DNA of 64,000 nt from positions 397,544,001-397,608,000 of the forward strand of contig OZ024741.1 of assembly GCA_964016885.1 (NCBI GenBank), given 5' to 3'. Within the stretch, counting starts at the first letter, position 1; each line of letters starts with the position of its first letter. Shown piece after piece: positions 23,398 to 36,816 of this stretch. Source of the stretch: Eledone cirrhosa. Its lineage: Eukaryota. Under the pieces are notes generated by a model, which saw only the letters and a list, made by a program, of their open reading frames with translations, was not told the origin of the DNA and ran no database searches. A program made the translations under genes and the position numbers.

Positions 23398-24534
23398 AAC
23401 AATGAGAACCTTAATTATGTTAACTTTAAATCTAACCATCCTACCAATATCAAGAATGCTATAGTTAATAACATTGGAAATAGAATATCTAACATATCTT
23501 CTAATAAAAACATCTTTGATGCTAACGCCAATTACTATAATAACGCACTTTCTAAAGCCGGCTATCCAGATAAAATCAAATATAATAAAGAAACAAATTC
23601 TAGGAAAACTTACAGTAGAATAATTAATCATGACCATTCCAATAATTTTAATAAAAGACCTAGATACAAAAACATAATCTGGTATAATGCTCCTTTCTCC
23701 ATCTCTATTAATAACAATATTCCTAAATTATTTTTTAGTGCCTTAAATAAATGCTTCCCTCCCTCACATATCTATAGTAAAATATTTAACAAACACACCA
23801 TCAAATTTTCGTATTCTACATCCTCCAATATTTCCAACATCATCTCTAAACACAACAACAAAATATTAAATACTAAATCTCTTCCTTCCAATATTGAATT
23901 TCATAATAACAGTAATAGTACTCCCGACGTCATTGTAAACCCTAGGCTAACTTCTGTAAACCCAAATACAACGTCAAACACAACTTCGCTAAATGTTCAT
24001 AATCCAACTCTAAATCAAGAAACTATTATTCCTATCGCAAACAACTTCTCCAATCCAATTCCTTCTATAGATAACACTAGATCACTCATTAATAATCTCT
24101 CTAATTGCAACTGCCGCATTAAAAATAAATGTCCTCTCAACAACCATTGCCTCGATAAAAACTTAATTTATGAATGTAAAATTATAACTAGCACCAATTC
24201 CTTCACCTATTTTGGCTCCACTTCCACCTCTTTTAAAGCTCGTCTCTATAATCATCATTCATCTTTCAAATACAAACTTAAAAGAACTAACACTGCTCTC
24301 TCAGAACTCATATGGTCCTTAAAAGACAAAAACATTAAATATACCATCTTTTGGAAGAAGATTTCTTCTGCATCCTCATACTTGAACAGCTCTCTATCTA
24401 AAATCTGTAATCTCTGCCTAAATGAAAAATTTACCATTATCTCTAACCTAGATTCTATAATAAATAGACGCTCAGATTTGTTTTCTATCTGCCTGCATAA
24501 ATTCCATAGAACTTTTCACAAAGTATACAGTTAA
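23398..24534 (+). CDS. Penelope ORF 3' part: RT thumb and GIY-YIG endonuclease (open frame, no true start)
   Basis: YVNFKSNHP, KNIIWYNAPFS, KIFNKHTIKFSYS, CNC..CPL..C, NLIY..YFG..FKARLYNH..SF, CNLCLNEK. Confidence 0.9.
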   Translation, partial: NNENLNYVNFKSNHPTNIKNAIVNNIGNRISNISSNKNIFDANANYYNNALSKAGYPDKIKYNKETNSRKTYSRIINHDHSNNFNKRPRYKNIIWYNAPFSISINNNIPKLFFSALNKCFPPSHIYSKIFNKHTIKFSYSTSSNISNIISKHNNKILNTKSLPSNIEFHNNSNSTPDVIVNPRLTSVNPNTTSNTTSLNVHNPTLNQETIIPIANNFSNPIPSIDNTRSLINNLSNCNCRIKNKCPLNNHCLDKNLIYECKIITSTNSFTYFGSTSTSFKARLYNHHSSFKYKLKRTNTALSELIWSLKDKNIKYTIFWKKISSASSYLNSSLSKICNLCLNEKFTIISNLDSIINRRSDLFSICLHKFHRTFHKVYS

Positions 24535-25456
24535 TATTCAATTCTTTATCAATTTAGAATCTTTTCTCAAAGGCACATATACATACACCTCTTTAAAATA
24601 TACCCATCTACCTTACTTTAAAGGGCATTATACACTCTATAATACTAGTTTACTCATTACCCTCATTCTATCTTCTCGTAAAATAATAACATTTGTTTTT
24701 GACATTTTGAATATTCATCCGCAATCACTATTATTTTTTTTTTTTCTCTCTATCATAAATCTTTTTAATCTCAATTTCATCCTTAATTTATTATTATTTT
24801 TTTCTCCCCATCAACGAACTCATTATTAATACATAACTCTTTATTCGCATATATCATCAATTCAATATACAAACTTTAACTTCACATTATTTTTCTCAAA
24901 TCCTTCTACACACAAACCTTAACAATTTTTCTCTTCGCTAATTTTGAAATTGCCACAATACATACATTTCTTCTTTTGACGTTAGAATATTCACCCACAA
25001 TTATTATTTTTTTCTCTCTATCTTCATACATAATTTCTCTTCGTTAATTTTCAAATTCCTTTAATTTATACATTATCTTCCAACGGTTCCCAACCTCTCT
25101 ATATTAAAACAATATATCTTTTTCTCAGTTATAAAAACTATCTCCCTAAATAAAATATATTTTTTCCTCGCACATATCCTCCCTTCGTTAATTTTCAAAA
25201 TTTTTAATTTATACAGTATCTTCCAACGGTTTTCAACCCCTCTATGTAAAAAATATATCTCCTCTCAGTTATAAAAACTATCTCTTTCTCTCTATCACCC
25301 ATCTCTCCCTCTCATCTCCTTCCCTTTTCATCCCCCCCCCCTCTCTAAATAAAATATTTTTCCCAATATCACACATCAATCTAAAACCACTTTTCATATG
25401 TTGATTTAAAACTGCACTATCCACAAGTGTTTTTTAGCCTTCATATCATGTTCTCC

Positions 25457-25527
25457 TGTTTTATCTGATGAAAACACAAATATTATTGCTTGATGATGTT
25501 TGTTTTTGAAATGCGCATAATAAAATA
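25457..25527 (+). ncRNA. Type I hammerhead ribozyme in the 3' pLTR
   Basis: TGTTTTAT-CTGATGA-(~15-bp stem II)-GAAA-TGCGCA-TA-ATAAAATA; 8-bp stem I, palindromic AUGCGCAU. Confidence 0.9.
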
Positions 25528-25557
25528 TATGGAACTCCTTTAACCATCTTTTGATCT

Positions 25558-26620
<1,063 letters not shown>

Positions 26621-26704
26621 TTTAAAAAATATACATTTAATCTATAACTTCCAATGTTATTATTTTATATTTAAACTATTTTTTGATTATATATACATAT
26701 ATAT

Positions 26705-26749
<45 letters not shown>

Positions 26750-26803
26750 CATACATACTACACATACATACATGGGGACATACATACGTGTATACATAAA
26801 TAC

Positions 26804-27317
26804 AAGATGGCTGCAACTCGATTTCGAGTAATGCCATCACTTGACACTTAAGCATGAGAATCACAGACATGGCTTTTTAGTCCTGCTAGGGACTTCCATA
26901 TGGCCAGCAATGTCATGCATCACAAAAGATGTCACATATAAAGCGATGCCTTTGCGTTAAGCTTTTTTTAAGTGAGGAAAGGCTTTGCACGGGGCCAATC
27001 CTGCTCTCTGAACATCAAATGTATTTGCCCCAAAAGAAGAACTGGTCTACATCACTGGATGCAAACGAAGTCGTAGTTTTTATATCAGCGTGGCCTTCTC
27101 CTAGAGAGATGTCTTTATGAAGACTAAGAGTCTCTCACTTCACAAAAAATACTTTATTGGATGGCCGTTGACTTTCCTGAGTTCCTCTTGGTAGGTTTTG
27201 TTTTTCATCCCGCAGGGTTTCGAAAATCACCCTCCTCACCAAGCAAGCTTGGTATGGTTGTTGGCTTAGTCACCGACGACCCGACCATTCAAAGGTTGTA
27301 CATGTTACCAGTAACAT
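26804..27317 (-). mobile_element. Diverged relative of the ~600-bp RTE-derived element
   Basis: Shares GGCTGC-AACTCG-TTTCGAGTA, CCTTCTCCTAGA, GGATGGCC-TTGACT, CACCCTCCTCACCAAG and ACGACCCGACCAT with 28331-28937. Confidence 0.7.
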
Positions 27318-27392
27318 GAACATATCTAAACACGCACGCACGCACACACACATACATACATACATACATACATACATACATACATACATACA

Positions 27393-27420
<28 letters not shown>

Positions 27421-27423
<3 letters not shown>

Positions 27424-28312
27424 GCAATCCAAGAACAGGAGATTAGCACGAAATACCTGATTCACAAAAGAGATAGGGATGCAGGCAAAACACCTAGATG
27501 TGATAACAAGTGCAGACTCTGCAGAACTAACATCGAGGATATCACCCATGTCATCAGCAGCTGTCCAAAAATGTCATCGCGGTACTATCTATATATGAGG
27601 CATAATGTAGTGGCCAAAACACTGTACAATGCAGTTCGTAAAAAAGATAAACCCGATAATAAACACATTAAAAGCTACAACAATGTGGAAGACATCCATG
27701 TACATAATATGAAAGAGTACTGGTGGAATGTTCCAGTAAAAACCCCAATAAAATGCAGGCATAACAGACCAGATACTATGATATGGGACAGGGAGAAGAA
27801 AACATGCACAGTAGTGGAAATTAGCTGCCGAGCAGATGCCAATATAATATCAAAGATTAGTGAAAAGGAGAATATTTATGCAGAACTGATGAGAAATCTG
27901 AAGATACTACACCCTGATTACACCTTCAGATCTATGCCTGTGATTATTGGGGCACTGGGATATGTTAGTAACTGCCTCAATACAAATCTTGAGAAGCTAG
28001 GCTTCACAGGAACAGAAAAAACAAGTACAATCCATTAATGGAACAGTAAAAATATGTAAAACATTCCAAAAATTTTGCATCTAATAACTGCATATACACA
28101 TGTACAGATACAAAGCATATACACATGCACACATACAACTCAAAACATACACATCCACACATACAATAACATCCATATCTACACATGCATGCATACATAC
28201 ATATCTACCTAGTTGATTTTGTGTAAATTCCAATGAGACAGTCTTGTGTCTATGCTAGAAACCGACTCTCTCTCTATTGGTAAAACTTTGTGAAATTATA
28301 AAACCAGAAGAA
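27421..28312 (+). mobile_element. R4/Dong-type RLE LINE, family A, 3' fragment, in (CATA)n
   Basis: AIQEQEI, CRLC..EDITHVISSC (CCHC), RHNVVAK, HNRPD..WD, VVEISC, PVIIGALG; frameshift near the end. Confidence 0.9.
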
Positions 28313-28330
28313 CATACATACATACATACA

Positions 28331-28937
28331 TGGTGGCTGCCAACTCGTTTTCGAGTACGGCCACTACTTTATATCCATGTAGGAGAACCCCTACCGATGC
28401 GCTGAACGAGTGTGACTTTTTAGTCCAGCCAGTGACTTGAAAACTCTGGTACAAACACTACACTTGTGACAATTATTGACACATAGTGCTGGGCCCATGG
28501 TACCATGTGACGACAAGTGCAGAGAGATCTCCAGATATAAAGCAATGCCTGTGCCGTGAAGCTTTTATAGTGAGCAAAGGCACTGCACAAAGCCAGTCCC
28601 ACTCTCTTAACCAAGATGATATTTACCAAAAAGAAGAACAAGTCAACATCATTGGATACCATCAGGGTTGCAGGTGTTATATCAGAGTTTTCCTTCTCCT
28701 AGAATTCTGCCTTGACAAAGGCTAAGGGGTCATCTCTCCCGGTGATTTTGGATGGCCATTGACTCTTAAGAGCTCCTTTGCCCTTTGACAGGTTTTGTTT
28801 TTAGTCCTGCAGGATGTCCAAAGTCACCCTCCTCACCAAGAAACCTTGGTGGGGTTGCCAGTTTAGTCGCCAACGACCCGACCATGGGACAGGTTGTACT
28901 GGGATACATGTTACCAGTAGCACCAACTGGTGACCTG
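28331..28937 (-). mobile_element. ~600-bp non-autonomous RTE-derived element, copy 1, (TGTA)n tail
   Basis: Five near-identical copies; minus-strand 3' part encodes a C2H2 remnant CSVCTRVFKSLAGLKSHTRSAHR*; RTE 5'UTR-like GGAGAAGGAAAACTCTGA. Confidence 0.8.
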
Positions 28938-29189
28938 TATGTATATATATGTATATACATGTATGTATATATATATATATGTATGTATGTATATATATAT
29001 GTGTATGTGTATATATATGTGTATGTATATATATGTATATACATGTATGTATATATATGTATATACATGTATGTATGTATATATATATATGTATGTATAT
29101 GTATATATGTATGTATATGTATGTATGTATATATATATATATGTATGTATGTATATATATGTATATATATGTATATGTATGTGTATGTG

Positions 29190-29237
<48 letters not shown>

Positions 29238-29880
29238 TGCATCTATATATATGTATGTATATGTGTGTATGTATGTATATATGTATGTATATATATATGT
29301 ATGTATATATATATGTATATATATATATGTATGTATATATATATGTATATATATATATGTATGTATATATATATGTATATATATATATATGTATGTATAT
29401 ATATGTGTATATATATATATATGTATGTATATATATATATGTATGTATATATATATGTATGTGTATATATATATGTATATATATATATGTATATATATAT
29501 ATATGTATGTGTATATATATGTGTATGTATATGTATGTATATATATGTATATATATGTATATGTATGTATATATATGTATATGTATGTATATATATGTAT
29601 GTGTATGTATATATATGTATATGTATGTATATATATGTATGTATGTATATATATGTATGTATGTATATATATGTATGTATGTATATATATGTATGTATGT
29701 ATATATATGTATGTATGTATATATATATATGTATGTATATATATATATATGTATGTATATATATATATATGTATGTGTATATATATATATGTATGTATAT
29801 GTCAGGTCACATACATACATACATACATACATACATACATACATACATACATACATACATACATACATACATACATACAT
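28938..29880. repeat. (TATG)n/(TA)n array switching to (CATA)n at GTCAGGTCAC (29801-29810)
   Basis: Direct reading. Confidence 0.9.
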
Positions 29881-30343
29881 AGGAGAATATTTATGCAGAA
29901 CTGATGAGAAATCTGGAGATACTTCACCCTGATTACACCTTCAGATTTATGCCTGTGATTATTGGGGCACTGGGATATGTTAGTAACTGCCTCAATACAA
30001 ATCTTGAGAATCTAGGCTTCACAGGAACAGAAAGAATACAACTAGTTAGGAAATTACAAGTACAATCCATTAATGGAACAGTAAAAATATGTAAAACATT
30101 CCAAAGATTTTGCATCTAATAACTGCATATACACATGTACAGATACAAAGCATATACACATGCACACATACAACTCAAAGCATCCACATCCACACATACA
30201 ATAACATCCATATCTACACATGCATACATACATATCTACCTAGTTAATGTTGTGTAAATTCCAAGGAGAGAGTCTTGTGTCTATGTTAGAAACCGACTCT
30301 CTCTCTATTGGTAAAACTTTGTGAAATTATAAAACCAGAAGAA
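29881..30343 (+). mobile_element. R4/Dong family A, short 3' fragment
   Basis: Near identical to ~27866-28312; FMPVIIGALG...ICKTFQRFCI*. Confidence 0.9.
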
Positions 30344-30417
30344 CATACATACATACATACATACATACATACATACATACATACATACATACATACATAC
30401 ATACATACATACATACA

Positions 30418-31023
30418 TGGTGGCTGCCAACTCGTTTTCGAGTACGGCCACTACTTTATATCCATGTAGGAGAACTCCTACCGATGCGCTGAACGAGTGT
30501 GACTTTTTAGTCCAGCCAGCGACTTGAAAACTCTGGTACAAACACTACACCTGTGACAATTATTGACACAGTGCTGGGCCCATGGTACCACGTGACGACA
30601 AGTGCAGAGAGATCTCCAGATATAAAGCAATGCCTGTGCCGTGAAGCTTTTATAGTGAGCAAAGGCACTGCACAAAGCCAGTCCCACTCTCTTAACCAAG
30701 ATGATATTTACCAAAAAGAAGAACAAGTCAACATCATTGGATACCATCAGGGTTGCAGGTGTTATATCAGAGTTTTCCTTCTCCTAGAATTCTGCCTTGA
30801 CAAAGGCTAAGGGGTCATCTCTCCCGGTGATTTTGGATGGCCATTGACTCTTAAGAGCTCCTTTGCCCTTTGACAGGTTTTGTTTTTAGTCCTGCAGGAT
30901 GTCCAAAGTCACCCTCCTCACCAAGAAACCTTGGTGGGGTTGCCAGTTTAGTCGCCAACGACCCGACCATGAGACAGGTTGTACTGGGATACATGTTACC
31001 AGTAGCACCAACTGGTGACCTGA
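30418..31023 (-). mobile_element. ~600-bp RTE-derived element, copy 2
   Basis: Near identity to copy 1. Confidence 0.85.
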
Positions 31024-31061
31024 CATACATACATACATACATACATACATACATACATACA

Positions 31062-31088
<27 letters not shown>

Positions 31089-31092
<4 letters not shown>

Positions 31093-32031
31093 GGAATAAA
31101 GCCTGATATAAATCTCTCACCCAGAGAAATCGGAAGATCCTATTCAATGTGCAAACAAGATTAAAAAATTGACCAATTTACAGAAAAAGTTGTGCATGGA
31201 TACTTGAGGCGTAAAACACAGACCATAGAGGGGATAAACCACTCTAAAAGCCTGGCATGGAGTTCCGACAAGTTTATGACATCACACCTTGAGGGATATC
31301 TCTATGCAATACAGGAACAAGAACTCCCTACCAAATATCTGGTGCACAAAAGAGGAGGGCCAGCAGCTGACAATAAATGTAGGCTATGTAAAACAAAGAT
31401 CGAGGATGTAAGCCACATTGTTGCCAGCTGCGAAAGAATGTCATCTCGCTACTACCTCCCCATGAGACACGATGGGATAGCTAGAACCATCTGGAACGCA
31501 CTTCGGAAATCAAAATTAACAACAAACGAGGAAGAATATATTGAGACAGATGGCACTAAGGAATACTGGTGGAACCTGAAAATAAAAACTGCCACCAAAT
31601 TAAAGCACAACCGGCCTGATATTGTTGTTTGGGACCACACATTGAAAACGTGTTCTGTTGTGGAGATCAGCTGCCCACTTGATGTAAACGTTGTCAGAAA
31701 AATACAGGAGAAGGAGGACATCTACGGACCATTGATGACGAGTTTACAAATCCAGTATCCAAGATACACCTTTAGCTTCATACCCATCATTATTGGAGCT
31801 ACGGGTTATATACCAACCCGCTTGGACCAAAGTATGACTGAACTTGGATTTGCGGACAAAAAGCGCAGCTCCCCAATTCATAGTCTACAAATGGCTGCGA
31901 TAGCTGGCACCTTCAAAATTTGCAAAACATTCTTGCGATTCAAGGGATGACAATTTCTTTTCTTTTACAACCTTGCCACCAGGAAGGTGGCCGGTCAAAA
32001 AAATATACTCGAAATTAAGAGAAAGAGATAA
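31089..32031 (+). mobile_element. R4/Dong-type LINE, family B, 3' fragment
   Basis: ORF 31192-31950: HGY, CRLC..EDVSHIVASC, KHNRPDIVVWD, VEISCP, PIIIGATG; matches ~37227-38169. Confidence 0.92.
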
Positions 32032-32061
32032 CATACATACATACATACATACATACATACA

Positions 32062-32669
32062 TGGTGGCTGCCAACTCGTTTTCGAGTACGGCCACTACTT
32101 TATATCCATGTAGGAGAACCCCTACCGATGCGCTGAACGAGTGTGACTTTTTAGTCCAGCCAGCGACTTGAAAACTCTGGTACAAACACTACACTTGTGA
32201 CAATAATTGACACATAGTGCTGGGCCCATGGTACCATGTGACGACAAGTGCAGAGAGATCTCCAGATATAAAGCAATGCCTGTGCTGTGAAGCTTTTATA
32301 GTGAGCAAAGGCACTGCACAAAGCCAGTCCCACTCTCTTAACCAAGATGATATTTACCAAAAAGAAGAACAAGTCAACATCATTGGATACCATCAGGGTT
32401 GCAGGTGTTATATCAGAGTTTTCCTTCTCCTAGAATTCTGCCTTGACAAAGGCTAAGGGGTCATCTCTCCCGGTGATTTTGGATGGCTATTGACTCTTAA
32501 GAGCTCCTTTGCCCTTTGACAGGTTTTGTTTTTAGTCCTGCAGGATGTCCAAAGCCACCCTCCTCACCAAGAAACCTTGGTGGGGTTGCCAGTTTAGTCG
32601 CCAACGACCCGACCATGAGACAGGTTGTACTGGGATACATGTTACCAGTAGCACCAACTGGCGACCTGA
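32062..32669 (-). mobile_element. ~600-bp RTE-derived element, copy 3
   Basis: Near identity to copy 1. Confidence 0.85.
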
Positions 32670-32810
32670 CACACATACACACATACATACATACATACAT
32701 ACATACATACATGCATGCATGCATGCATGCATGCATGCATGCATGATGGCTGCCTCCTCATTATCAAGTATGGTCATTGCACGATATATCATTATTAATA
32801 ATTATCAATT

Positions 32811-32985
32811 AATTGTTTCTACTTTTGGCACAAGGCCAGCAATATCACCAGTACATTACTGGTACTTTATTTTATCGACCCCGTAAGGATGAAAGGCAAA
32901 GTTAACCTCAGCGGGATTTGAACTCCGATCGTAAATGGACATAACTATGCTGGAAAGCATCTCCGACCCTCAACCGATACTGCCA
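32811..32985 (-). mobile_element. tRNA-derived SINE
   Basis: Reverse-complement match to 1497-1686. Confidence 0.85.
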
Positions 32986-32989
32986 GTAG

Positions 32990-33060
32990 GATAGCCACTG
33001 ATCTGGAAGATGAAATAAAACCTGATACAAATCTCTCTCCCAGGAATATTGGAAAATACT
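32990..33060 (+). mobile_element. Small degenerate fragment of R4/Dong family B
   Basis: ACTGATCTGGA..AATAAA.CCTGATA.AAATCTCTC.CCCAG resembles 37210-37278. Confidence 0.6.
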
Positions 33061-33597
33061 TCTTAACTGCTTCAATTTGTAAAAATTCAAAAATAACATT
33101 AACATTAATTATGTTCCCTCTGTCTTGTCCTTCTCCCTTCTCAGTAACCCCTTATATTTTAGTGACTTTATTGCCTTACTTGGGACTATGTTCTCTCTCT
33201 GCCTTGTCCTTCTCTTTTCTCAGAAACCCCTTGTATTTTAGTGGTGTTATTGCCCCTGGTTTATACCTACATATGACCCCTTAACCTGCTAGAAACAGAA
33301 ATGTATAATTCATAAGGCTGACTAAGCTGAAGCCTAAGGACCCCGTACTAGGGCCATGTTAAAGTTTTGTAGTAGTGAGGTGAAATATTGAAGTGACAGA
33401 AGGGACCCCAAATACCTGCAAATATTGGGATACAGTCATGGATTAATATTTAGTTCTATATTACACATGTTCTTCTTTTCTGTGGTTCAGGGTTTTCTGT
33501 GGTTCAGGGTATTACTGGTGTGTAGATATGGTGTAAATGGTAATGGTTGGGGTTGGGTTTTGGAACCAGGGTTACTTGTTGGTGTTCACATAGTCAA

Positions 33598-33818
33598 CCC
33601 TTTACCATTTACATTACTCTATATTTACTATTATATTTCCATGATAAACACTTTATCTGACATAATTATCTCATATAATATCAAATCTACGAAGTTTTGA
33701 TATTATTTATTTTGAGAACAATACCTTTACATAAGTATGAGCAGCCGGTTATGGCCGGTTTGAACAGAAAAAGGGGAGAGAATTCTGGCCGTATTCAGCC
33801 AGTTTGAATGCTCAAGGG
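33598..33818 (-). mobile_element. piggyBac-type MITE
   Basis: TCAA-CCCTTTACCATTTA...TGAATGCTCAAGGG-TTAA; inverted homolog of 34254-34461. Confidence 0.7.
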
Positions 33819-34253
33819 TTAATGAAGTAATTCAATTGACCAAGAAAAGCAGGGGAGATATCTGTAATATTTGATTAATTAAGATTAATTTTTTTTTTTT
33901 AAATTAACTTTAACTTTGTTTTATATGCAGAAGGCATCTCTGGAAATTTCCCCAAATTCCCCATTGTGGACTTATATAAATTATAGCGAGTCATCCCAAC
34001 TGTATTTAGATAAAGTACTCATTAAGTTAGAGTATAATTATAGTGTGTAGTGTTTATTGTCTACATTTTCAGATAAGTTAACAATGCAGTCTACAAATTC
34101 TGCTTTCTGAATGGTCAAATTAGAAATGACCTCTATACAGGGACTGGATAGGAAAAGACTACAGGAATCAGATAACAGGGTTAGTTAGGCCTTTAGATAC
34201 TAACCCACCTAAAACCAGCTTTGGTTCTATCAAACAATTACCATCCATTTTAA

Positions 34254-34461
34254 CCCTTTAGCATTTAAACCGGCAGTATCCGGCCAGAATTCTCTCACCT
34301 TTTTCTGTACAAACCGGTCATAACTAGTGACTCATACTAATGTAAAGGTATTGTTCTCAAAATAAATAATTTCAAAATCCCATAGATTCCATATTATGTG
34401 AGGTAAAGCCTTTACCACAAAAATACAATAGTATATATAAAGTAATGTAAATGCTAAAGGG
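34254..34461 (+). mobile_element. piggyBac-type MITE
   Basis: TTAA-CCCTTTAGCATTTA...TAAATGCTAAAGGG-TTAA: perfect 14-bp TIR and TTAA TSD. Confidence 0.85.
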
Positions 34462-34550
34462 TTAAAGTGTTCCTATTTAAATTTAAAAAATTCCAACATA
34501 ATTTTCTATAAGAACCTTTTGATAAGCTGTGTTATAAATATCTTAATAAT

Positions 34551-34728
34551 TGTTTCTACTTTTGGCACAAGGCCAGCAATTATCCCAGTGTATTACCGGT
34601 ACTTTATTTTATCGACCCCGTAAGGATGAAAGACAAAGCTAACCTAGGCGGGATTTGAACTCAGATCATAAAGGGACGAAACTCTATGCTTCAAAGCATG
34701 GTGTCCAACTCTCTACTAATACTGCCAA
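34551..34728 (-). mobile_element. tRNA-derived SINE with target-site duplication
   Basis: Same family as 1497; ATCTTAATAAT at 34540-34550 and 34729-34739. Confidence 0.9.
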
Positions 34729-34889
34729 ATCTTAATAATGAAATAATTAGTAAATCTCTCTAAATTCTTCATTAATTAATTCAAATATAATGTATTTCAT
34801 TAGAAATATGGTAATGAATGGGTTAAGAGGAAGTTGATTTAGGTCATTACAGTAAAACAAGGGTTGAAAGTTCGTAGTTTGGAATGTTT

Positions 34890-35052
34890 ATAGGCTGGAA
34901 AGTTCATAGGCTGTAAAGTTCATAGGCTGTAAAGTTCATAGGCTGGAAAGTTAATAGGTTGTAAAGTTCATAGGCTGGAAAGTTCATAGGCTGTAAAGTT
35001 CATAGGCTGGAAAGTTCATAGGCTGGAGAGTTCATAGGCTGAAAACTTCACA
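34890..35052. repeat. 16-bp minisatellite (ATAGGCTGKAAAGTTC), ~10 copies
   Basis: Direct reading. Confidence 0.9.
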
Positions 35053-35100
35053 TACAAACACACACACTCACACATATACAAACATATATACACATACACG

Positions 35101-36693
35101 TTCTCAAAATATATAGGGATGGAGTTTGGCCTGGATAAATGTTCCTATATGATTGTAAAGTGAGGAAAAACTACAAACCAGTCTAACAACATCTCTATCA
35201 ATGGCCTATCTGTTTCACCAATATCTCGCAAGACCTGCTACAGATAATTAGGGATAGATGACAGTATATCCTATGATGGTATTTGTAACAAGAAACGAGT
35301 AACCAGGGAATATAATGTCTGAATAAGAAAAATATGGTCTTCTGAACTCTCTGCAGGCAATAAATCAGTGTCCCACAATGTGTTTGGTGTGTCTGTGCTG
35401 ACACCAGCATTTCGACTACTTGACTGGATGTTAGATGAGATCTGAGCTATTCATATTAAAACCTGAAAAGTTCTAACCAACACCTGAAATTTCCACATCA
35501 ACGGGGATATAGACTGCCTCTATCTGAAATATAAACAGGGAGGCAGAGGTTTAGCATCAATCCAAACAGCATTTCAGTGTCACATAATATCCCTCCGATG
35601 AAGTCTACAAACCACCAAGTGTAGGAGCCAGTCTATAGAACAAATCTGTCTACATGAGGCAGATAACATCATAACAGTTGGAAGGAGCCTCTTGAGAAAT
35701 ACTCCCTGTATGATAATAAAAAAAACCCTCACCCAGAGAAATTAAACAGCAATACTGCAATGAATCCATGGATGATAAGCTGCATGCTTATCAGCGAAAA
35801 AGTCATGCTTGAAAATTAGAGTGGTATAGGTAAGCAAAGTAGTCTATCTTGGACCAACAACCGCTATATTGGCTCCCACTTTGAAGGATATGATTTTGCA
35901 ATCCAAGAACAGGAAATTAACACGAAATACCTGATTCACAAAAGAGATAGGGATGCAGGCAAAACACCTAGATGTGATAACAAGTGCAGACTCTGCAGAA
36001 CTAACATCGAGGATATCACCCATGTCATCAGCAGCTGCCCAAAGATGTCATCACGGTACTATCTACCTATGAGGCATGATGTAGTGGCCAAAACACTGTA
36101 CAATACAGTTCGTAAAAAAGATAGCCCCGATAATAAACACATTAAAAGCTACAACAATGTGGAAGACATCCATGTACATAATATGAAAGAGTACTGGTGG
36201 AATGTTCCAGTAAAAACCCCAATAAAATGCAGGCATAACAGACCAGATATTATGATATGGGACAGGGAACAGAAGACATGCACAGTAGTGGAAGTTAGCT
36301 GCCCAGCAGATGTCAATATAATATCAAAGATTAGTGAAAAGGAGAACATTTATGCTGAACTAATGAGAAATCTGCAGATACTCCACCCTAACTATGCCTT
36401 CAGGTTTATACCTGAGCACATTAGGGGCACTTCGATACATATATACACATAGATACAGAAACATGTGTACACATATAACTCAAAACAAGCAGATCCATAC
36501 ATACAATAACACCCATACCTGCACACACACAAACACACACACACAGATACAGAGACACACACATACACACACACACAGACACACACACAAACACACATAT
36601 TTACTTAGTTGGTGTGTAAATTCCAATGTAAGAGTCCTGTTTCTATGTTAGAAACCGGCTCTCACTCTATTGGTGAACATTTAAAAACCAGAA
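35101..36693 (+). mobile_element. R4/Dong family A, longer degenerate copy
   Basis: IGMEFGLDKC, RKIWSSELS, DIDCLY..GGRGL, CCHC, HNRPDIMIWD; many stops; 3' UTR like 28080-28312. Confidence 0.88.
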
Positions 36694-36816
36694 CATACAC
36701 ACATACATACATACACACACACACACATACATACGTACATAAACACACACATACACACATACATACATACATACATACATACATACATACATACATACAT
36801 ACATACATACATACAT

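Larger units (their letters stand above)
22491..25562 (+). mobile_element. Penelope-like element, 5'-truncated, with a long inverted pLTR at the 5' end
   Basis: ~22580-23397 is the reverse complement of ~24837-25562; the centre encodes the RT C-terminus and GIY-YIG. Confidence 0.95.

Noticed and set aside
28420-28725. Repeated 79-89 aa ORFs as a small gene family
   Set aside because: Incidental frames inside the multicopy non-autonomous element; only the C2H2 remnant is meaningful
30900-31000. Canonical twister ribozyme (GTCCCA..GAGGAGGG on minus) in the 600-bp element
   Set aside because: TCCC is changed in some copies (TCTC) and in the diverged relative (TTGA); P1, UAA and P2 could not be placed
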